Shown here: piece after piece, positions 50,743 through 62,927 of the stretch
Position numbering within the stretch: position 1 is the stretch's first letter
Layout: each line of letters opens with the position of its first letter
NCBI GenBank assembly: GCA_958009085.1
Contig: OY253670.1
Span: 124,001-188,000, forward strand
Length of the DNA: 64,000 nucleotides
Source: Protoeuglena noctilucae
Lineage: Eukaryota
Reading direction: 5' to 3'
Program-made: the position numbers and the translations under genes
Notes under the pieces: model-generated
Seen by the model: the letters and a program-made list of their open reading frames with translations, nothing else
What the model was told of the DNA's origin: nothing
The model's database searches: none

Positions 50743-51248
50743 CGCTGCGGCTGGCGCACGGCCGCGCTATCGCCACACGCGGTGTCCCGGCAGAAAGGAC
50801 AGACGAAGAATCGGCGCAAAGTGGTTCGAGGCACGCTCGTCCTCGTGGATATCAGATAGGGACGGAAGCAGGCCCACAGGACTTCGCAAGTCAAGCGCTA
50901 GGACAGAGCGGGACGACCAGACGCAATGTCGACATATGCACTGGGTCCTACGCAGCTTGAGGTCGAGCTGCTGCTCCGCCAGTGTGCGACGCCCGCGTCA
51001 GTGTTTCGAGCCCAGGGGAGAGAAAACTTGGGCTCGCATGCTCCTCGATGTCAAGAGCGTTGCGTGATCCGCCTACACTGCGCTCGCTGGCCTTGCTCCC
51101 TCATCGGCAAAGCTCTACCCCTGCTTCGCTCGCGGTGAGCACTTTCGGGCGACTGCATGGTGTTAAGTCGTTAAACTACGCATTTTGTAGATTTGTTGGG
51201 TCGCTCTAAGGCGCTGTGATACTTCTGCCGCAGAGATCGCGCGCGGCG

Positions 51249-53930
51249 ATGGCCAGCGAGCCCGTTCCCGTCTTCACGGACCTCGTGTCCGTGTACGGGA
51301 CCGATGGGGCCGCGGAGGCCAACGAGCGCTATCGCGAGTTGAAGGTGAGGAGTATATGGGCTAGGCGTAGGATCGCGGGCGTGCCGAGGCGTTCTGGACT
51401 GGGAGAACCGGCCCGCAACACGCAGGAGGCGTTTGAGCGCGCGTACGGCGCGGCCCCGGAGCTCTACTCTCGATCTCCTGGCCGCGTCAACCTGATCGGC
51501 GAGCACATCGACTACGAGGGCTACGGGGTGCTCCCGATGGCCATCAAGCAGGACACGGTCTTTGCCTTCCGGTGCGCGGTCGTGCCAGCCTGCGCGCGAG
51601 CCCCGGCGCCACCGATTCCGCCACGCGGCCTCTCAGAGGTTCACTTTGTCTCGCTCCGCAGGTCAGCGGGGTCTTCCCTTCAGGTAGCCAACGTGAACGG
51701 CTCCAAGTACGCGCCGGTGGAGTTCCGTGCCGATCACTCACAGGAGGTCGACCGCTCCCACCACACCTGGGCCAACTACTTCCTCGCGGCGTACAAGGGC
51801 GTCTTCGAATACCTCGCCTCCAAGGGCATGCCCCTGCCGCAGGCGAGGCGGGAGTGCGCACCGCACCGGCGATGCGAGCGGGTCGTGCTGGCCTCTGGAG
51901 CGTGCGTATGACGTGCCGCATGCCGCCTTCGCAGGAGCGGGGCATCCAGGTCATGGTGGACGGGCGCGTCCCCACGGGGGCGGGCCTGTCTTCGTCGTCG
52001 GCGTTCGTGTGCGCGGCGGCCATCGGGCTCCTGGGGGTCTTCGGCGTCTCATTGACCAAGGGAGAGGTGGCCGAGTTCACAGGTGAAGCGCTTGCCTTTA
52101 GCTTCCTGCAGCCGTGGGCGTGCATGTCATGTTGCCGTGGGTACCTTGGCTGACGACGGATGCCACGGTGCGCTTGTACGCCCAGCCAAGTGCGAGCGCC
52201 ACGTGGGCACCGAGTCGGGGGGCATGGACCAGGCGATCTCGCTCATGGGCCGCCCCGGCGTGGCCATGAACATCGACTTCAACCCCGTGCGTGGCGGCGA
52301 CGTTGCGGTCCCCACCGACGGCACCTTCGTGATCGCTAACAGCCTCACGGGTGAGGGAGGAGTGCAGTGAATTGCGCGTCGAGTGCTCGGACTCTCGGCT
52401 GCATTACATCTCCCAACCCCGTGCCTTGCTTGGCAGCCAGACATTGGAGCCGGACAATGCCTCGACTGCGGTGTGCGCTTGGCTGCGTGAGATGACTCGC
52501 GCCTCTCGGTGCCCTTCCCGCAGTCAGCAACAAGGCGGAGACAGGTCCCCGCAACTACAACATGCGCGTGGTGGAGTGCCGCTTAGCCGCCGCGTGCCTC
52601 GCCGTGGCCCTCGGCACGCCGCCCGCGGACGCCCGGCGCATCGTGACGCTGCGGGAGGTGGAGCCCCTGGTGAGTGACTGAGTATTGGCCTGTACTTTGA
52701 TCGGTTCTAGCAAGGTTGACCAGCACGGAGAGCGCAAAGCACGACATGACCATCACCACCACCTTGACATTCATGGACAGGTGGTCTCGGTGCTGTAGCC
52801 AATCTGATGGTGCATGCTGGCCTCGCTTGCAGGTCGCGCAGGGCAACCCCGACCACGAGGCGGTGCTGGAGGCGGCGGCGAGGGCGGCGCAGGAGCACCT
52901 GCATGCGGGCAAGTACACTCAGGTGAGAGACGCACTTCACAGACACCCCACCCTGCACAGTGCTACACAGCCGGTACCTTGGAGTGACTTTGGATGGTCG
53001 CTCTGTGCCTGTGCAACTCACGTCTCACGACTCTGCACCAATTTCACCTCTTGCGCAGGAGGAGGTGGAGTCTGTGCTGGGGGTCCGCCTGGAGACTCTT
53101 CTGGAGGGCCGCGCCAGCCAGCTGCAGGTGCTGCCCGTGGCGGCGCAGGGCGGCGGGTTCAGCCTCCGCGACCGCGCCGTGCACGTCTTCACGGAGGCGG
53201 CAAGGGTGGAGACCTTTCGGTGAGGAGCGATACGCACAGTGGGGCATGAAAGGGGGCGTGCTGGGTGGGATGATCATGAGCAGAGATTCATGCATGGAGT
53301 GATGAGGGAGCCAAGGGACGAAAGCTGTTGCGTGTTGTGCCTGCGTGGCCGACGCAGAGAGATGCTGACGTCAGCCCGCTCCCTCTTGGTGTTTTGTTTG
53401 CAGCCGCGTGTGCGCGTCGGGCGCCCCCGGCCAGGAGGTCCTGTCGCAGCTGGGGGAGCTGATGAACGCGTCGCACGCCTCGTGCCGGGACAGGTACGAA
53501 TGCTCCTGCCCTGAACTGGAGGAGCTCGTGGGCCTGGCGCGGGCGCACGGGGCCCTGGGGGCTCGGCTGACGGGAGCGGGGTGGGGCGGGTGCGCCGTGA
53601 TGCTCGTCGGCAAGGGCCGGGAGGGGGCATTCATCAGGTGCGACCTTGCCACGCCATGCATGCCGCCTCCCTACCGCAGTCATGGGCGCTCGTAGTCATA
53701 TGCACTGATGTCGTTCCACTCTACCCTCTTACAGCGCTGTTGCAGTCGCCCTCGGTTTCGTGCTTAGTCCACCTACGTGACTCCCTCTCCCGCCCTCCCC
53801 CAGTGCCCTGAGGGAGGGTTTCTTTGCCAAGCGCGTGGCGGCCAAGGTGCCAGGATCCGAGGATTCGGACGAGGCCGTCTTTGCGAGCAGGCCCGCTGCG
53901 GGGGGCGCGCTGCTGCGCCTGAAGCTCTGA
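51249..53930 (+). CDS. GALK: Galactokinase (GHMP family)
   Basis: [93 protein letters not shown]. Confidence 0.97.
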
Positions 53931-54619
53931 GAGAGGTGCTGCTCTGTGAGAGGTTTGCGCCCATGGCTGTGACTGTGACACCGTTGCAGTGTCACGTGGT
54001 TGGTTTTGGGAGAGACGCGAGCTTGACAAATGGGCGCGACGAAACGTGCACGGCTAGACAAACACAGTGAACGGCGAAATGTGCTCTGGCGGGCTCGCCC
54101 GCACGGAACGCGAAAGAATCAAGGAACGCGAGAAGATCGGATCGCGAGCCCGGCGGCGCTGTTGCCAATCGGGTCCTAGTCAAGACATGGAACGTGTCAC
54201 AGGGTCAGACATGGCTAGGCTAGGACGGGCGAGAACGGGCGAGGGGCGGCTCGCCCCTCATCTACACCAGGTGGAACCGAAAACGCCGGATAGCAGCTAC
54301 GAGGACAGCTTCCAGGGCACTTGGGGGGGATGCCGACACGGACACACCGACATAGACATGGAGTTGAGCGACGCATTGCGCCTGCAGAATGCCTGTGCAT
54401 GGAACGCATGCCCGACGGCGAAGCGAGGGGCCGGGAACGAGGCGGCTTGAGCGCGTCACGGCCCTTGGGCCGGTCATCCCTGGTAGTATGCTACAGAGGA
54501 GGGTGCCAAATGTCCAACAGGGTGTCCCTGCACATGCAGAGCGAGGGCCGTGCATTCCTGCTCCTACACATCTCATGGGACCAGCCTCTGCATGACTGCG
54601 CGACTGTTGCTTGCCAGTC

Positions 54620-55957
54620 ACCTGAGCCGCCGCCCCAGCCCCCGGCCCCCCTCGACCCTCTTCGCATTCCCCTGCGCCAGCTCCCCCGTCCCCCCCAGCT
54701 CCCCGATGTCTGCGGCCGCAAGGGACACCAGTTCAGTTCAGAGCATGGAACAATGTCTCTCGTGCTATATACAACCCCACCGCCTCCCTGCCGCGCACCT
54801 GACATGGGCACCCTGACTGCCTCTGCATTCTCGTCATCGGCACCCCAGCCCAGGGCGCCTGCCGATGACGCGCTCCCGTCTGCCTCCGTGTCGCTGCCTG
54901 CTATCGCCGCATTCGCCAACTCCAGCAAAGTCGCTGCCTCCACCTTCACCAGACTCGCGGGGTCCACCTCTGACAGGTCGTCTGGCTCGTCTGCCCCCTC
55001 CTCTCCCTCGCTGCAAGCGCCCTTGTCGGCCACCCACGCCCCCTCCATGCACGACGCCTCTCGCTCGGACGTGACCCCCACCTGGCCCCCACGCGGGGCA
55101 CCCTCGGGGACGCTGTCACCATCGCGCTGCGCGGGGAGCTCAGAGCCACGCAGCTGCTCCGCGTCGCCCCCCTGAAGCAGCCTGGGGCAGGCGGGGCTCA
55201 GGCACGTGCTGGCTGGCGCCCGCGCCTGGCCCTGGCGCTTCTCCGCGGATACGCACGCGCAGTGCACGGCCGCGTCGTATGCGCCGGCGCCACGGAGCGT
55301 CATCAGAGACCCTGCGGGGAAGTGCAGGGTGGTTGGGGCGGTCGCGGGGGGGGCGGTGAAGGGGGTTGCTGTGTGCGACCCCAGTGCACCCTCTACCCAA
55401 TGCCACGAGCTCCAGTCCACTCGCCTGTGAGAGGATCGTCGCATGAAAAGCTGATGCTGAGGTCTGAGTCCTCGGGGAGGGCAAAGGCAGCGCGGATGGC
55501 GTCGGTGAAGGCCTCGTAGCCGCCGCGGCCGGACTGCACGGTCAAGGAGAGGGCCTGCCCGCCAAAGTTGACGGCCATGACGGCCGGGGCGGAGCAAGTG
55601 AGGTCGGCCGGGGTCAGGGGAGCCCGCCAGTCAGGGAGAGGGCCGTGGCAGAAGTCGCAGCAGTGCTCGCGCGCGGTGCCGGCCGACTGGAGCTGCCAGC
55701 GCGCGAGGCACAGGGCGTGCACGAAGCGTGGGCAGTGACATGGCTGCGGGCGAGGCGGGGCGGCGTAGGTGCCCTGGCCCGGAGGGCACAAGGCACGGGC
55801 AAGGGCCCGCCGGGAGAGGCACGTGTGGGGATGTCGACCGTCGCGCGTCTTCCTATATTGGGGCAAGGCTGCTCACCCGAATTAGCTCCGACTCGTCGGC
55901 GCCGTCCAGGCATATCCAACAAACCTCGTCGTCTCGGGGGGGCTGCGAGGGCAACAT
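54620..55957 (-). CDS. RING-CH (RINGv) zinc-finger protein with algal-type C-terminal domain; 3' end uncertain
   Basis: EVCWICLD..LIR|PCHCPRFVHALCLARWQLQSAG..CDFCHGPLPDW, then MAVNFGG..F.CDDPLTG..TLRGAGAYDAAVHCA and an acidic tail. Confidence 0.8.
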
Positions 55958-56896
55958 GGTCCATGTCGAGACAGGATAGGGCGGCTCGCTGGCGCAGACC
56001 CGCCTATCTGCGTCGCCCAGGCGCCCATAAGGCAGTCTAGGTAACACTCTTGGCACTGACGATGAAAGAGAGCGGATATATATCGCGAAGGCGTGCCAAA
56101 ACGTCAGAGCACGTGGGTCGGCGGGCACAAGCGAGCGCCGGCGCCACCATGTGCATGCACACGATAATTGTGAGGGCAGACACGAAGCAAACAGCGCAGA
56201 GGGGCGGGCTAAGAAAAGTGACCAGCCTTGCGCGTCGCACGGTGGACAGTGCGCACTTCCGTCGCCTCATCATAGCAAAACAAAGCTAAGCGATCCGCGC
56301 AAGGCCGGATCCACCGGTCAGGATCGCGGCAAACGGGCGCTCAGCTCTACAGGGCGCCCCACACGCGGTCCTTCCAAAAGGAGCGGGCCGCAAGGGCTTC
56401 TTCATAACAATAATATCGCAGTCAGTGATCGGAGGAAGGTCGTTGGGGGCCGCATGGAAAATCTTGGCCGTTACCGGAAAAGTGTCCCCACTGCCAAAGC
56501 CTGCAGCGACGTGACTCACCTGTGTCACCTGTGTGTCTCTCCTGCGCGACATAGTCACACCATTAGGGGAACGGAGAGGCTTAAAGCGCTTGCAGACGTG
56601 CTCCAGCTGGACATGCAGTCACATGCGGGAGCTGCCCAGGCTGAGACCCCAGTGATGCAAGCGCAGGAGCCTCCCAGCCGGTCACACTTTCCAGCCACCT
56701 CTCAGATTCAAGAAGATCAAGACGGGTAGATTGGGGAGGGTACTTGGGCGGGCAATCAGAAACAGCAAGTAGGAGAAAACAAGGGGGGGAAAGGACCCCA
56801 CTAGCCTCAGACAGGTGAGATTACGAGGGCAAACAGTCTGGATAACTTGGCAATGTCGGTAGGTGAACACAGGAGCAGATCGACTTGTCACCCTCG

Positions 56897-58290
56897 TCAT
56901 CCGCCGAGGCCCCGTAGCCACTCGTAGGTGGCCCAGAGGACGACGTTGAAGGACCCGATGCGCGCGAAGTTCGGCCAGAAACCCTTGTAGAACGCCGTCA
57001 GCCCCTCGTCCCTGGCCATAGCAACCACGGTCGCCCACAGGCGCGCGTGGCCGGTAGTGGTGATGAGCCGGGTGCCCAGCACATCAGCGGGGGAACCCAG
57101 CAGTGTCGCCACAAACCCAGCCGCCAGCCCGCACCCCAGGTGGAGCCCGAGCCCGTCTGCACGACATGACATGGCAAAAGGTGCTGCTTGCACAGCCCAC
57201 ATGTGCAAAGCGCCAACTGCACGGCTGTCAACAGGGCACCCAGTCACCTGGCACGCCGCTGTCCAGCGCTGCTCGCTTGGTCCAGTCGTACGAGACGATC
57301 TCTGCTGTAGATATCGTCGAGTTGCGCATCAAGTTTGCCGCGTAGCCCTTGTAGAGCCCCCCCCACACGCCCTCGGCTCTGCAAGGCAAGGGCGCGGCGC
57401 AGCACTCGCGAGGAGCCCAAAATGGGGCCGCTACCCTGCTGGCCCCGCTGCAGACCCCCGTTGCCGCTGCCCTGCCACCCCCAGCTGCCACCCCGTAACC
57501 GCACCTGGCGACGGTGGCGTAGGCCCTGAGCACCCCTTGGCGCGCCAGCGACCCCGCTTCCGTGCGCCCGCTGGCGCTCGCATCCGCCTGGAAGCGCACT
57601 TTCAGGACGTCCGACGGGTTGGCTGCGGTGATGCCCACTGCGCCGACGAGCGACACGCCGTGTCATAAGGTGAGACCCATGGCGGCCATGAAAGCAGTCA
57701 GAGTCGACAGCCTGTCAGTAAGCAGCACCGGACGCCCTCCGCACGGCGTAGGCCCTCACCAGAGCTAGTGATGACAGCGGCCACGACCTTGTGCCCCAGC
57801 GATGCGTCCCCCACGTCCCCAGCGACCCACCGCTTGATGTGGTCGTAGAGACCCAGGCGCAGACCCGTGAAGATGAACTGCCGATGCAGCCCCGGGGATA
57901 GACCCTTGAACGGCGCCGCCACGCCCTCCTCGCGCACGATCGTTGCCAGCGTCTGGAAGGGACCTGCGGGCGGCGATGGCGTGGCGGTGCAGCGCCCGTC
58001 GTGCCTCGGCGTTGCGATGCCGAGGAGGCTGCAGGGCTTGTGAATCTCAGGAAAGGGAGCGCATACCAACCTCGGTACTTCGGCGCACTCGCTGCAGACG
58101 CCCCCGCCTCCTGTCGCAGCTGTCGGATGCTCTGCAGCTGTAGGCGGACTTTCGCCGTGTCCAGCGGGATCGTGGTTGCTTCTGCAACCGCAGCTGCCGT
58201 CGCGGAGGCCAGGACGTTTGTTATGATGTCCTGCCGCCCGGGCTCTGCCTCCTTGGACCGAGGAGACTCCTCAGCGCCGGTACGACTCAT
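56897..58290 (-). CDS. UCP: Mitochondrial carrier, uncoupling protein (UCP/PUMP)-like
   Basis: Three Px[DE]xx[KR]-type repeats (IPLDTAKVRLQ, NPSDVLKVRFQ, SPADVLGTRL), plus KGLSPGLHRQ..LRLGLYD and FYKGFWPNFARIGSFNV. Confidence 0.92.
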
Positions 58291-58710
58291 CGGCTACCCA
58301 ACGATGGACAACACGGGCGCTGGCACGGCGTCGAGGGTCCCGTGAAAACAGATAAGCGATGATCGTTACGGTGTAGTTGACACATCCGATCCCAGTTAAG
58401 GGAGACGTTGACGCCACAAGGATCATTCGTCAACGATGCGTTTGACGGCATGACAAAGACGCAGGAAAGATTGCCGCGTCGCAGGACTGGCACGCATTGA
58501 CGCGGCGCGTCAGAGACTCCGTTGAAAGGCCCCTGGCAGGCCTTGTGTTCCATGCAGTCCTTGGTTGCCAGTGGACGTGCAAAGCGTGAACAGCATCGGG
58601 CCTCCTGACCGGTTGAGCCGGTGATTTCGTGGTCGCGAGCGCGAACACGCTGTGCCCGGCTCTCAGACCGGCGGACGTCGCGGGGCTCGCGCCCCGCGCC
58701 GCCCGGCGCC

Positions 58711-61251
58711 ATGCCCCGTGAGCTAGTCGTGATCCAGGTCGGGCAATGTGGCAACCAGATAGGAACTCGGTTCTGGGAGATGGCGCTGAGGTGACCGCGG
58801 TCTCCGCGACCTCCCTCAACCGCGCGAGGCGATGCGCCGCCGGCCTGTGCCCTCATTCCCTCGCGAGTGATGTCGTTCTTTCCATCGCGCGATGCGGGCA
58901 ACGGCGGAAGCTTTTGATCTTCTCGCGCAGGGAGCACGCGGCGCACAACCCGCAGGGCGTGTTTGACGACGCCATGAGCAGCTTCTTTCGGAACGTGGAT
59001 GCCAGGTTCGAGCCACCACAGGAGATTCCTTTGGGTGGCCGCGTGCGGGACCTGCGCGCTCGCGCCGTGGTCATCGACATGGAGGAAGGGGTCGTCAACT
59101 CTCTGCTGCAGGGCCCATTGGGGTAAGGGCCGCATTGCCGCTGACATCTGCGGCTGCTTCGACCAGCCGCGATGGCACCCACGGCCATCTGCTCTGATCC
59201 CAGGGACTTGTTCGACCACCGCTCCATGCTGACGGACGTGAGCGGCGCCGGCAACAACTGGGCCCACGGCTATGCCATGTACGGTCCCAAGTATCACGAC
59301 AACCTCGTCGAGTCCGTGCGGGCAGCCGCAGAGCACTGCGACTCTCTGCAGAGGTGGGCAGCGTGACCAGGAGCGCCCTTCCTTGCGCGCCACGCACCCA
59401 CACCTGTGGCTGGAACACTGACCCAGGTGTCGCGCATGTGCTGTCGAGCGATAAGCGTGTACTGACACCGTGACCTCCGCAGTTTCCTGGTCACCCACTC
59501 GCTGGGCGGTGGGACGGGCAGCGGCGTGGGTAGCTACCTCATGGGTGTGCTGGAGGACGAGTTTCCTGAGGTGTATCGCTTCAACGTGGCCGTGTTTCCC
59601 AGCGAAGACGACGACGTCATCACCTCGCCCTACAACTCCCTCCTCAGCCTGTCCAAGGCGAGTCCTGTGCATGTGGCAAAGGGTGCACCAGGGGTCAACC
59701 TAGGGCACATAAGCCTGCGAAACAGCGTGCCATGGGAAGTCTTGCGCATATTTCCACCCGCAGCTCGCCGAGCATTCGGACTGCGTCTTTCCCGTGGAGA
59801 ACCAGGCGCTGATGGACATCTGTGCAGCTATCGACGGGGCGGGCCCGCGGCTAGACGCGAGGAGAGGTGCGGCACTCGACGGACAAGTGGCAGACGCGCC
59901 CGGGTGAGCGGTGCGGCGCTGACGGAAGAGGTGGAGTGGCGGCAGTGCTGGCGATGGCGGGAGTGCTGCATGTTGCATGGCAACGCACTTCATGTGTGCG
60001 AGGGTGAACGACGGGTGCCACATCATTCATACCCTGGCCCGTACACCCAGGACGCGGGAGAAGCCCTTTGACCGCATGAACGGCATCGCTGCCAGTCTGA
60101 TGCTCAACCTCACCTCCTCCGTCCGCTTCAAGGGCTCCCTCAACGGTGACGGCCGGCGCAGGGTAGCAAGATGGTCAACAAACCTTGTGCATAGACCTCC
60201 ACTATAATCGACATGATCTCTGTTTTTTCATCGATAAGTCTTGGTCCCCAATGTGCCGGGGATGGGACTTGCCGTCGCCATCCCCATCACCAAGAGAGAC
60301 CTTGGCTCTCAAGTCCTCCCTTGCCCCCAGTGGATGTCAATGAAATTACCATGAACATGGTCCCGTTCCCACGACTGCACTTCATGACTGCGTCCATGGC
60401 ACCCATATGGGCCCCGGGGGGTCCCCGTGCCATGCGGCAGCCCCGGGGCCTGGAGCAGATGTTCACAGACGTGCTGCAGCCCAAGAGCATGCTCGTGCGG
60501 TCGCAGCCCAAGGCACACACCACGCTGGTGAGGATTGGCCGAGCTAGGCTGGCGAGTCGTCACACAATGCCCGTCGCTGGTCGGCTGCCCCACTGAGCCG
60601 CCTGGGCAGGCAGGCGCTGCGCTGGCGTTTCATCGACGCTCCGATAGTGCCGCTTTCGATGCACGCCGGCCGTGACCTCCCTGCACCGCAGGCCTGCGCG
60701 ATGCTGATGAGGGGCGAGGCGACCATCTCTGACGTGAACCGGTGCATGGCTAAGGTTAAGAAGGAGATGCGCATGGTGCCGTGGAACCGGGACGGTTTCA
60801 AAATCGGACTGTGCAGCAAGGGGCAGGTCGGCATGCCACAGGTGAGCGCCTGCCAGCCCCACTCGGTGTCACAACTGAGCAGCAGAGCAATGGACGAACT
60901 ACTGGCCTGCGTCCTCTGCGTTTCGCGACCCGAGAGAGCGCGCCTGCACGCTGCCACCCCTGCGCACCACCACCTCTACCCCTCGCATGGCCCCCGCAGT
61001 CCCTCCTGTGCCTTCAGAACAACACGGGCATCCAGTCGAGTTTCCGCGCCATGTGCGACCGCTTCGACAAGCTCTACTCCCGCAGCTTCTACCTCCACCA
61101 CTACACGCAGTACATCGAGCAGGCATCGTTTGACTGCGCGAGGGAAGACGTGAGGCAGCTGGTGGAGGAGTACAGGGGGCTAGAGACCGGAGGGGTGCAG
61201 GGCGCGCCCGCCACGCGCCTGCAGCCGGTCGGGCTGTCTTTTAACCGGTAG
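58711..61251 (+). CDS. TUBE1: Epsilon-tubulin (BLD2 orthologue)
   Basis: [98 protein letters not shown]. Confidence 0.96.
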
Positions 61252-61320
61252 CCTAGGATGTGCATACGACGGACACGTGTCCAGTGCAAGCGTCACCGGC
61301 CCGCTTACCGGGTCTCTGGG

Positions 61321-62466
61321 TCAGGTTTTGCGCTTGGGCGGGTCGTACTTGCCCTTGAGCGGTGCGAATGTGAGTCGGTGGATGGGGCAGGGCCCGTGCA
61401 CGGCGATGGCTGCTACATGCTCGCGTGTGGGGTAGCCCTGGGGCGGTGACAGTGGTTGGAAGGGGGCATTGATGGGGCGGACCCCCCTAGTCAGCGCCAG
61501 GGCCTACCATCGACAGACTCATGTCACCTTGTGCTGCTTGAAGTTGTACTGGGGCCATCGCTTGTCGAATTCCATCATGAGACGGTCCCTGCAGTCACGG
61601 CACAATGGAGTCGCGCGCCATCGCTATGAAGGTCGTGACAAACACGCAGCCATCGCTCGCTGGTGACCTGTGGACCTTTGCGATGACGGATGCAGCGCTG
61701 ATGCACCGCACGATGCGGTCCCCGCCGACCACCGCCCGGGCACGTGAAGCGTCCAGCTCTTGAGGGAGCCTGTTGCCGTCCACTAGGACGAAGCCCGGTC
61801 GCTGCGGTAGGTACCGCACCGCCGCTGCCATGGCACGCATCGCTGCCTGCGGGAAGCAAGGCTACATGTTGGACGTGTTGGCAGCGGGCAGCGAAAGCGA
61901 CATTTGGAGGGTAGGGGAAGTGTGGCACGCAAGGCGCACCTGCAGGATGTTGATCTTGTCGATATCTCCCGCCGACACCTCCGCCACCGCCCAGCAGACG
62001 CGGCTGTCGCTGGTGAGCTGCTGGTAGATGGCGTCACGTTGCGCCTCGGAGAGAAGCTTCGAGTCGTTTAACTCATCGACTTGCACGTCCTCGGGGAGGA
62101 TGCACGCCGCAGCCACGACGGGACCCGCCAGCGGACCACGCCCCGCCTCGTCCACGCCAGCGATCAACTTGTACCCGTCTGCCTCAAGCTTCCGCTCCAT
62201 CTCCCTGGCCTTCCCCGCGCTGCTCGGGCCTGTTGACGCTCCCCGGCGCTGAGCTGGCTTGGGCTTGGGCTTGGGCGAGGAAACCGGCGATGCTTTCGCA
62301 GCCTGCGAGCGCGCAGGCCCGGTTTTAAGCGCGGTTGTTGCAACGCCATGACGTCCTGCCCCTGGCCTGCGCTCGCCTGGCGCGACGTGGCCCGCGGGCG
62401 GAGCACTCGCAAAGGCGCTCTCTCGCTCATCGCAGGCTCGGCTGCGCGCGACCGGCCCTTCGCCAT
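61321..62466 (-). CDS. rnhB: Ribonuclease HII, bacterial-type
   Basis: [87 protein letters not shown]. Confidence 0.95.
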
Positions 62467-62927
62467 CGACGCCACGCAGACCCTCCAGGCCCTGCGTGCC
62501 TCACGCAGCAAAGGCCCAGCGAAATCCACACGACATGGCAAGAACGATCACTTGCTTGCGCAGCGATCTCACCGCCGCGAGGATCGAGATCAGGTATGGA
62601 CGTGCTCGGCGGGCAGACTGGCGGAGACGCGCCAGTGCAGCTGACCAGTGCGACGGCAGCGATGCGTGAAGGGGCCCGCGAAAGCACATGCGACATTTAA
62701 TCGTGTCGGGGAGCATCCTCGGGGTGGGAGCTGGCGTCCTGGGTTTGGTTAGCGGGGGATCACTTCTTGCCGTTGCTGGGGAGCAGACTGCGCGCGCAGC
62801 AGGGGTCGCGGCGATGGGCGCAGACGAGAATTGAGCTTTATCGGCATCAACAACGTATCCGACATCGTAGGGCGTTCAAGAACGGACTGCGCGACCTGAA
62901 AGAGGCCCGTGCACGCTCATCGCCACG

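Noticed and set aside
56000..56890. ORFs between the RING-CH and UCP genes
   Set aside because: No protein motifs and weak codon bias; more likely UTR, promoter or 5' UTR intron sequence.
61252..61449. C-terminal extension of epsilon-tubulin by TAG readthrough
   Set aside because: The protein already reaches a typical C-terminus, and the extension would overlap the last RNase HII coding exon on the opposite strand.
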